A stretch of 64,000 nucleotides of DNA, taken from Antedon mediterranea. Taxonomy: Eukaryota; Animalia; Echinodermata. The position numbers were made by a program, and so were the translations under genes. The notes under the pieces are model-generated. The model saw nothing but the letters and a program-made list of their open reading frames with translations, searched no databases and was not told the DNA's origin. Below are positions 28,149 through 37,413 of the stretch, in pieces (the first letter of the stretch is position 1; each line of letters opens with the position of its first letter). The stretch lies in assembly GCF_964355755.1 (NCBI RefSeq), contig NC_092672.1, positions 21,217,237 to 21,281,236 on the forward strand, in the 5' to 3' direction.

Positions 28149-28403
28149 TTTGTACAAATTTAAAATAATATCTTAACACTTTTTTAATTAATGTTACATA
28201 ATTTTATAATTCTTATTTCTTTTCGGTAAATTTATTATTATTATGGTTATAAATTATATTGAAATAGAATGTGTGTTAAAATAAAGGTTGTGTTTTTTTC
28301 TTTTAAAAGCAACAACAACAAAAATGAAATTTGATCTTTGCGTGTTATTTAAGTATTTGATTTATTTTTTTAATTTTCATTTGGGTGAATGAGGGTAATG
28401 AAT

Positions 28404-28626
28404 ATGGATGAGTACTTAAGAAAAGTATATTAAGATCCTAAGCATCCTGATAGTTTTGGTGGTGTGGACCGACTTTATCAAAATGTAAAAGACGATTTAA
28501 ATATTACCAAGAGACAAGTTCAAGACTGACTGAACAAGCAATACATTACACACATCCATTCAACGTAAATTCAAACAAAACTGGGTACTTGTAAGTGCTA
28601 TTGATGAACAATGGGGAATGGATTTG
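28404..28626 (+). pseudogene. Polinton-type integrase N-terminal remnant
   Basis: MDEYLRKVY*DPKHPDSFGGVDRLYQ...VQD*L then, after a frameshift, TLHTSIQRKFKQNWVLVSAIDEQWGMDL; matches recalled Polinton INT motifs YYDP.HP.SFGG and TLH.P.R..F.R..V.V..ID.QW.ADL. Confidence 0.85.
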
Positions 28627-28627
28627 G

Positions 28628-28810
28628 AAAAATAACGTGTATAAAATTTGATTCAGACAAACTGTTTGCAAAATCAAAGGTTTGACTCTAGATTTCCAAA
28701 AATCAAAGGAAGTCAATTTTGAAATAGTTGGTAGCATGGTACGAGGAATCGGACTGGAAAAAATAACAACAACTAATCCTAACAAAATAACCCGTAAACC
28801 AAAATCTCAC
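28628..28810 (+). pseudogene. Protein-primed DNA polymerase B C-terminal remnant
   Basis: KNNVYKI*FRQTVCKIKGLTLDFQKSKEVNFEIVGSMV..ITTTNPNKITRK resembles Polinton pPolB KNYAY..TVCKVKGFTL..NF..I...NP.KI.R. Confidence 0.8.
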
Positions 28811-29902
28811 TTAATATTTATTTTGTATTATAAATTTGTAAAAGTAGTTACCCTATTTTAATTCATGGTAAATTTATTTTTCGAATTAATTTAATTTGTT
28901 TTATTTTCTGTTGAATTTTTATTATTATTATGTTTGTAAAGTGTATTGCAATAGATTTGTTTAATAAAATAAATTAATTATGTTTTGACTTAATTTATGT
29001 CAGTGTAAATTTGTAAAAGTAGTTTTCCTATTTTAATTCATGATAAGTTTATTTCTTGACTTTACTTAATTTTTTTCTTTTCTGTTGAAGTAGAATGTGT
29101 ATTGAAATACATTTTGTTTTTAACATCAACAACAAAAAATGAAATTTTATCTTTGCGTGTTGTTTAATTCGTGTATGATGTTTTTCTAATTTATTTAAAA
29201 AAAAAAAAAAAAAAGAAAACAAGTTTTTGAATTTGTTAAATGTAATTGCAAACATACAAAATAAATGATTGCGATTAAAAATTATATTTTGTAAAGTGAA
29301 TTACAATAGAATGTGTATTGAAATACATTTTGTTTTTAACGTCAACAACAAAAATGAAATTTGATCTTTGCGTGTTGTTTAACTCGTGTATGAAGTTTTT
29401 GAATTTGTTAAATGTAATTGCAAACATACATATTAAATGATTGTGATTAAAAATATTCTGTTTACTTTTTATTTTTTATTTTAAACAGTAGTATTTTTAA
29501 CAGTAGTTATATTTTATATATAATAAGTAATATTACAAAAATAAACATACAAAATGTATAAAGTATAGACTTATTAAATTTAAATACAATTTCTTTTTTT
29601 CAAAATGAATTTCATTTTATACGTGTTTTCAATTTTAAATCTTTTAAGAAAGACACAATACGTACTGATATAAAAACGCACACAAAAGGAAACAAATTTG
29701 AGACGCACGGTTTGTAACGACACTTTCAATAAGAAGGCATATTATAAATGTATTTTTACAAAATTTATAAAGTAAATGTTTATTATTGAGAAATATACAT
29801 TTTAGATAAATGATAACACATCTAAAAGTAATTAGAGAGATCAATACAATATGGTGTTCATAATAATTTGTTTTGATGACTAGACGAAACATCTGAAGAC
29901 AT

Positions 29903-30467
29903 TCAACGAAAAACAAGCGTTAACACCATACCAGTCACTAAAAATGCCACTGCTTTGAAAAAAACATCTCCCTTCCTACACAGAGACAAATTCTGAACGA
30001 AAATAATAAATAAAAATAATTAGTAAACAAAACACGCGCATTATAAATAAAATGAATAATTTAAGAATATTTGTTAAACTACCCACGAACAAAAAACGAA
30101 ACATACTAACCGACTCATCGTCATTACGAAGTTCAAATAACGAAAACTTTTCCTTGAAAAATCCACAGGAGACACGTTTTACATTTTCTAACTGCAATTC
30201 AGTGTCACATTGTGTCGCAACACATGTACATACAACGAGTCCTGTCACAAGTCTGCCGACGTTTATTTTTCTATCGCTCATCATTTGTTCTAATACATAA
30301 TACAGCGCTTCCAAAGAAATATCTTTACACAATTCTAACACATTAAAATTGTTTTCCAACTCTTTACAAGCACGAATAGTACTCTGGAGGATGGGTGAAT
30401 CCAAAACAACTAACCCCGTCAATTTATATTCAATGTATGCTAAAACTACTTCCTCTAAATCAACCAT
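29903..30467 (-). CDS. Bcl-2-family protein, left-arm copy (exons 30467-30111 and 29992-29903; 148 aa)
   Basis: Exact mirror of the gene at 34402-34966. Confidence 0.82.
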
Positions 30468-31149
30468 AACGCTCGACAAAACAAATGATAATGGATGTAA
30501 TTACCAAGAAAGTTACAACTTAAAACCTTTATTTTTGTTTTTAAAAGAAGTTGTAACATAGAAACTAATTTTGTCAGGAAATGTGTTTTTATTATTTATG
30601 TGATTTATTTGTGTTTAGAAAGTTACAACATTAATATTTAATTTGGTAAAAAAATGTGAATATACGGAGCCGATTGTAATTTTTAATCCTTAGTATAGTG
30701 AGAGATTTTATAAACAAAAAAAGAGCGAACGGAAATTAATGATTGCAGATTAGACATATAGAAATGGATTGAAATTGGAAATCTACATGATCAAAGAAAA
30801 GAAACCCATTGTTCCGACAGAAGCTAATGACATTTACAAAGGATGACACACTTTGAATAGAATAAATACCGTATAACATAATTAAATTTTGTCAAGATAG
30901 TTGTCAAAAATAAATAAAATATATTATACTGAATTTACTTTGTACATTTATTTAATTTAGGCCGTAATTAGGTTTATTGTTCATTTATGATTGTGAAAAA
31001 AAAAAAATACATACTAATAAAACAGCATAGGCCTATAAAAAAAGTAAAAAAAAAAATAATGATTCAGTGTTATAATTTTATTTACCTGTCATTATGTTAA
31101 TAAAACATATTTAAATTTAATTTATGTCATGTTAGATATATTTTCAAGG

Positions 31150-31340
31150 ACATTTGTTACATACAAATAATTTTGTAAAGAAATTTGTTACATAAGATAA
31201 ATTTGTTAAGAAGTTTGTTTCATAAAAATATTTGTGAAGATAAATTTGTTACATAAAAATAATTTTGTAAAGAAATTTGTTACAAAAATTTATTTTTTAC
31301 AAGAAGTTTGTAACAGAAAATTATTTTGCAAAGAATTAGT
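31150..31340. repeat. Degenerate ~20-bp minisatellite (AATTTGTTACATAAA..), mirror at ~33530-33720
   Basis: Repeated ATTTGTTAC/TTTTGTAAAG units; similar units again at ~31690-31810. Confidence 0.6.
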
Positions 31341-31888
31341 TGCATCAATTGATTTTATCAAACGTATGTAATATAAAAAAATTATGTTGTTGTTGAATAA
31401 AATATTTTGTAATTCAGTCCATTTGCTCAGTAGTTTGTTTAAGTTGTTAAGTCTTGTTTGTGTAATATTCTTGTAAATAAAAGAATTTACTTTTAACCTT
31501 TGTAATTATTTTGTAAATATCATTTATGCATTTTTTTTTTTTTCGTAAATAATTGAATTTATTTATACTTTTTTTTTTGTATGGGAATCAATATTTGTTT
31601 ATAAATTTAATTGTGATTATAGATTTCTTCTTTATTTAGTATGTCGATTAATTTCAGATTCAGAAACATGTTACACAAGAAACAAACATTTTCATGAAAT
31701 TCGTTACATAACAAATAATTTATCAAGAATCTTTTTTTACATAAATTTAAATTTATCATTAATTTTGTTGTAAAATTTATTTTGTCATTAAATTTTGTTA
31801 CATAAAAAATAGTTGTTTCATGATTCTTGTTCTTTTTGTTCAGTACTTATATGAAAATTCAAGTTAAGAACGCAATGACAATGACTGG

Positions 31889-32070
31889 ATGTTTAGCGTG
31901 ATTAGAGGACCGCTTTCCTTCGGTAAATCGGTATTTGTTAACAATCTTTTAGAGAATAATTACTTTGACAAGTCGTTTGATGATATGACATAGTGTTATG
32001 GCGAATATCAAACTTAGTTTACGGAACTAATTACTGCAACATCTGACACAAGTTATAAGAAGGGTATACT
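31889..32070 (+). pseudogene. Polinton packaging (A32/FtsK-like) ATPase N-terminal remnant
   Basis: MFSVIRGPLSFGKSVFVNNLLENN..MT*CYGEYQT*FTEL..KKGI: Walker A GPxxxGKS and the (W)CYGE.Q motif; a second degenerate FTAII...GKSVF at ~32135-32195. Confidence 0.78.
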
Positions 32071-32214
32071 TATACATTGGATGTTTTCGATGTTAGTAAA
32101 TAACACAATGGTGAATAACTAGATGTTTACACCTTCACTGCTATAATTACAGTTAGAATGTCATAAAGGGTAAATCGGTATTCTTTAAAGAATTAGGCCT
32201 ATAAAACAATTAAA

Positions 32215-32654
32215 TTGTCGAGTTGCTTGACGTTAGAGAAGTAAATGTTGTTTGTGTTTACATGTGTGTCATAGTAGAGAATGAATTATAAACCATTACA
32301 TTGTCGAGTTTCTTGACGTTAGAGAAGTAAATGCTGTTTGTGTTTACATGCGTGTCATAGTAGAGTTTTGTGTTTACATGCGTGTCATAGTAGAGTTTGT
32401 AATTACATTTTTTTCTCAATATAAATGTATTATATGTTGTCGATAGTTGTTGAGAAAAAAATGTAATTACAAACTCTACTATGACACGCATGTAAACACA
32501 AAACTCTACTATGACACGCATGTAAACACAAACAGCATTTACTTCTCTAACGTCAAGAAACTCGACAATGTAATGGTTTATAATTCATTCTCTACTATGA
32601 CACACATGTAAACACAAACAACATTTACTTCTCTAACGTCAAGCAACTCGACAA
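32215..32654. repeat. Palindrome centre: direct repeats (~85-bp period x2, 30-bp unit x3) on each side of a 30-bp non-palindromic spacer (32420-32449)
   Basis: TTGTCGAGTT.CTTGACGTTAGAGAAGTAAATG twice and TTTGTGTTTACATG.GTGTCATAGTAGAG three times; spacer TATAAATGTATTATATGTTGTCGATAGTTG. Confidence 0.9.
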
Positions 32655-32798
32655 TTTAATTGTTTTATAGGCCTAATTCTTTAAAGAATACCGATTTACC
32701 CTTTATGACATTCTAACTGTAATTATAGCAGTGAAGGTGTAAACATCTAGTTATTCACCATTGTGTTATTTACTAACATCGAAAACATCCAATGTATA

Positions 32799-32980
32799 AG
32801 TATACCCTTCTTATAACTTGTGTCAGATGTTGCAGTAATTAGTTCCGTAAACTAAGTTTGATATTCGCCATAACACTATGTCATATCATCAAACGACTTG
32901 TCAAAGTAATTATTCTCTAAAAGATTGTTAACAAATACCGATTTACCGAAGGAAAGCGGTCCTCTAATCACGCTAAACAT
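32799..32980 (-). pseudogene. Packaging ATPase remnant, right-arm mirror
   Basis: Reverse complement of 31889-32070. Confidence 0.78.
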
Positions 32981-34401
32981 CCAGTCATTGTCATTGCGTT
33001 CTTAACTTGAATTTTCATATAAGTACTGAACAAAAAGAACAAGAATCATGAAACAACTATTTTTTATGTAACAAAATTTAATGACAAAATAAATTTTACA
33101 ACAAAATTAATGATAAATTTAAATTTATGTAAAAAAAGATTCTTGATAAATTATTTGTTATGTAACGAATTTCATGAAAATGTTTGTTTCTTGTGTAACA
33201 TGTTTCTGAATCTGAAATTAATCGACATACTAAATAAAGAAGAAATCTATAATCACAATTAAATTTATAAACAAATATTGATTCCCATACAAAAAAAAAA
33301 GTATAAATAAATTCAATTATTTACGAAAAAAAAAAAAATGCATAAATGATATTTACAAAATAATTACAAAGGTTAAAAGTAAATTCTTTTATTTACAAGA
33401 ATATTACACAAACAAGACTTAACAACTTAAACAAACTACTGAGCAAATGGACTGAATTACAAAATATTTTATTCAACAACAACATAATTTTTTTATATTA
33501 CATACGTTTGATAAAATCAATTGATGCAACTAATTCTTTGCAAAATAATTTTCTGTTACAAACTTCTTGTAAAAAATAAATTTTTGTAACAAATTTCTTT
33601 ACAAAATTATTTTTATGTAACAAATTTATCTTCACAAATATTTTTATGAAACAAACTTCTTAACAAATTTATCTTATGTAACAAATTTCTTTACAAAATT
33701 ATTTGTATGTAACAAATGTCCTTGAAAATATATCTAACATGACATAAATTAAATTTAAATATGTTTTATTAACATAATGACAGGTAAATAAAATTATAAC
33801 ACTGAATCATTATTTTTTTTTTTACTTTTTTTATAGGCCTATGCTGTTTTATTAGTATGTATTTTTTTTTTTTCACAATCATAAATGAACAATAAACCTA
33901 ATTACGGCCTAAATTAAATAAATGTACAAAGTAAATTCAGTATAATATATTTTATTTATTTTTGACAACTATCTTGACAAAATTTAATTATGTTATACGG
34001 TATTTATTCTATTCAAAGTGTGTCATCCTTTGTAAATGTCATTAGCTTCTGTCGGAACAATGGGTTTCTTTTCTTTGATCATGTAGATTTCCAATTTCAA
34101 TCCATTTCTATATGTCTAATCTGCAATCATTAATTTCCGTTCGCTCTTTTTTTGTTTATAAAATCTCTCACTATACTAAGGATTAAAAATTACAATCGGC
34201 TCCGTATATTCACATTTTTTTACCAAATTAAATATTAATGTTGTAACTTTCTAAACACAAATAAATCACATAAATAATAAAAACACATTTCCTGACAAAA
34301 TTAGTTTCTATGTTACAACTTCTTTTAAAAACAAAAATAAAGGTTTTAAGTTGTAACTTTCTTGGTAATTACATCCATTATCATTTGTTTTGTCGAGCGT
34401 T

Positions 34402-34966
34402 ATGGTTGATTTAGAGGAAGTAGTTTTAGCATACATTGAATATAAATTGACGGGGTTAGTTGTTTTGGATTCACCCATCCTCCAGAGTACTATTCGTGCT
34501 TGTAAAGAGTTGGAAAACAATTTTAATGTGTTAGAATTGTGTAAAGATATTTCTTTGGAAGCGCTGTATTATGTATTAGAACAAATGATGAGCGATAGAA
34601 AAATAAACGTCGGCAGACTTGTGACAGGACTCGTTGTATGTACATGTGTTGCGACACAATGTGACACTGAATTGCAGTTAGAAAATGTAAAACGTGTCTC
34701 CTGTGGATTTTTCAAGGAAAAGTTTTCGTTATTTGAACTTCGTAATGACGATGAGTCGGTTAGTATGTTTCGTTTTTTGTTCGTGGGTAGTTTAACAAAT
34801 ATTCTTAAATTATTCATTTTATTTATAATGCGCGTGTTTTGTTTACTAATTATTTTTATTTATTATTTTCGTTCAGAATTTGTCTCTGTGTAGGAAGGGA
34901 GATGTTTTTTTCAAAGCAGTGGCATTTTTAGTGACTGGTATGGTGTTAACGCTTGTTTTTCGTTGA
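34402..34966 (+). CDS. Bcl-2-family protein, right-arm copy (exons 34402-34758 and 34877-34966; 148 aa)
   Basis: BH4-like EEVVLAYIEYKLTG, BH3-like IRACKELENNF, BH1-like VLEQMMSDRKINVGRLVT; phase-0 intron GTTAGT...TACTAAT...TTTTCGTTCAG; exon 2 gives tail anchor FFKAVAFLVTGMVLTLVFR*. Confidence 0.82.
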
Positions 34967-36058
34967 ATGTCTTCAGATGTTTCGTCTAGTCATCAAAACA
35001 AATTATTATGAACACCATATTGTATTGATCTCTCTAATTACTTTTAGATGTGTTATCATTTATCTAAAATGTATATTTCTCAATAATAAACATTTACTTT
35101 ATAAATTTTGTAAAAATACATTTATAATATGCCTTCTTATTGAAAGTGTCGTTACAAACCGTGCGTCTCAAATTTGTTTCCTTTTGTGTGCGTTTTTATA
35201 TCAGTACGTATTGTGTCTTTCTTAAAAGATTTAAAATTGAAAACACGTATAAAATGAAATTCATTTTGAAAAAAAGAAATTGTATTTAAATTTAATAAGT
35301 CTATACTTTATACATTTTGTATGTTTATTTTTGTAATATTACTTATTATATATAAAATATAACTACTGTTAAAAATACTACTGTTTAAAATAAAAAATAA
35401 AAAGTAAACAGAATATTTTTAATCACAATCATTTAATATGTATGTTTGCAATTACATTTAACAAATTCAAAAACTTCATACACGAGTTAAACAACACGCA
35501 AAGATCAAATTTCATTTTTGTTGTTGACGTTAAAAACAAAATGTATTTCAATACACATTCTATTGTAATTCACTTTACAAAATATAATTTTTAATCGCAA
35601 TCATTTATTTTGTATGTTTGCAATTACATTTAACAAATTCAAAAACTTGTTTTCTTTTTTTTTTTTTTTTTTAAATAAATTAGAAAAACATCATACACGA
35701 ATTAAACAACACGCAAAGATAAAATTTCATTTTTTGTTGTTGATGTTAAAAACAAAATGTATTTCAATACACATTCTACTTCAACAGAAAAGAAAAAAAT
35801 TAAGTAAAGTCAAGAAATAAACTTATCATGAATTAAAATAGGAAAACTACTTTTACAAATTTACACTGACATAAATTAAGTCAAAACATAATTAATTTAT
35901 TTTATTAAACAAATCTATTGCAATACACTTTACAAACATAATAATAATAAAAATTCAACAGAAAATAAAACAAATTAAATTAATTCGAAAAATAAATTTA
36001 CCATGAATTAAAATAGGGTAACTACTTTTACAAATTTATAATACAAAATAAATATTAA

Positions 36059-36241
36059 GTGAGATTTTGGTTTACGGGTTATTTTGTTAGGATTAGTTGT
36101 TGTTATTTTTTCCAGTCCGATTCCTCGTACCATGCTACCAACTATTTCAAAATTGACTTCCTTTGATTTTTGGAAATCTAGAGTCAAACCTTTGATTTTG
36201 CAAACAGTTTGTCTGAATCAAATTTTATACACGTTATTTTT
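36059..36241 (-). pseudogene. pPolB C-terminal remnant, right-arm mirror
   Basis: Reverse complement of 28628-28810. Confidence 0.8.
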
Positions 36242-36242
36242 C

Positions 36243-36465
36243 CAAATCCATTCCCCATTGTTCATCAATAGCACTTACAAGTACCCAGTTTTGTTTGAAT
36301 TTACGTTGAATGGATGTGTGTAATGTATTGCTTGTTCAGTCAGTCTTGAACTTGTCTCTTGGTAATATTTAAATCGTCTTTTACATTTTGATAAAGTCGG
36401 TCCACACCACCAAAACTATCAGGATGCTTAGGATCTTAATATACTTTTCTTAAGTACTCATCCAT
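36243..36465 (-). pseudogene. Integrase N-terminal remnant, right-arm mirror
   Basis: Reverse complement of 28404-28626 with the same lesions. Confidence 0.85.
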
Positions 36466-36720
36466 ATTCATTACCCTCATTCACCCAAATGAAAATTAAA
36501 AAAATAAATCAAATACTTAAATAACACGCAAAGATCAAATTTCATTTTTGTTGTTGTTGCTTTTAAAAGAAAAAAACACAACCTTTATTTTAACACACAT
36601 TCTATTTCAATATAATTTATAACCATAATAATAATAAATTTACCGAAAAGAAATAAGAATTATAAAATTATGTAACATTAATTAAAAAAGTGTTAAGATA
36701 TTATTTTAAATTTGTACAAA

Positions 36721-37413
36721 TTACAATTGGTAAAGAATCTTATTAAAAAGCTCTGAATCATTTGTAATCAACTTTATGGCTTTATCGAACGCATCAACAT
36801 TGATACAACGTAAATGAAAGTAGTTTAGCGCCCATTCAAAATGGGTAGCGCTATTGTCCACAAGTTTCAATGCCAGAATTGGTCGAAAAAATGTTAAGAG
36901 TTGTTCATATCTTGAGCCGTGAAAGTTATAACGTTCAACCATGTCCTTCAGAATGAATATAAATTCTTCTATGAAAACCTTCTCAATTGTTCTCATTATT
37001 TCTTTGTACTCAAGTTCGGTAGTTTCTTTCTTAATCTCCGCCTCCAGCACAGGGTTCAGGTACTCTTCTGCAAACACCTCATCTTCTACCTCATCTTCTA
37101 CATCGGATTTTCTTGCCAGAAATAGGTGGTAGTCAACTACCGATGACGTGTCGTCGTATACAATCCTCTCCTCTTCAGAAATTATTCTCGATCTATAATG
37201 TTCGTCTTCTTCAGTATTAGATACATTATTGAAATCAACGTTCATTGGAGGTGGAGGTTGAATCGCCATTAAACACGTCATACAATTTGAAGGTACTGCT
37301 GTGCCGTGTTGATGTGAAACTTTGTGTATCTTTACTCGATTAGATACAGGACTCTGTCCTTTTGAAGAAGAAAAAACTCTCTTACTACCGGATTGATTTT
37401 GAGTAGAATTCAT
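36721..37413 (-). CDS. Orphan 230-aa protein, right-arm copy
   Basis: Mirror of 27456-28148, differing by one F/C substitution. Confidence 0.7.
   Translation of the reverse strand: MNSTQNQSGSKRVFSSSKGQSPVSNRVKIHKVSHQHGTAVPSNCMTCLMAIQPPPPMNVDFNNVSNTEEDEHYRSRIISEEERIVYDDTSSVVDYHLFLARKSDVEDEVEDEVFAEEYLNPVLEAEIKKETTELEYKEIMRTIEKVFIEEFIFILKDMVERYNFHGSRYEQLLTFFRPILALKLVDNSATHFEWALNYFHLRCINVDAFDKAIKLITNDSELFNKILYQL

Noticed and set aside
32215-32400. CRISPR-like array from the 30-bp repeats
   Set aside because: Units are directly adjacent or part of a larger duplication with no unique spacers; eukaryotic context; no cas genes
32258-32521. 87-aa ORF crossing the palindrome centre
   Set aside because: A translation of tandem repeats with no coding features
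34390-34893. 167-aa unspliced ORF as the main Bcl-2 product
   Set aside because: It starts at TTG, and its hydrophobic tail is T-rich intron-like sequence; the spliced model gives a more typical tail anchor. Kept only as a possible read-through isoform
34953-35225. 90-aa ORF and other small mirrored ORFs (68, 70, 79, 82 aa) in the palindrome
   Set aside because: Low-complexity AT-rich translations or antisense shadows of real genes and pseudogenes
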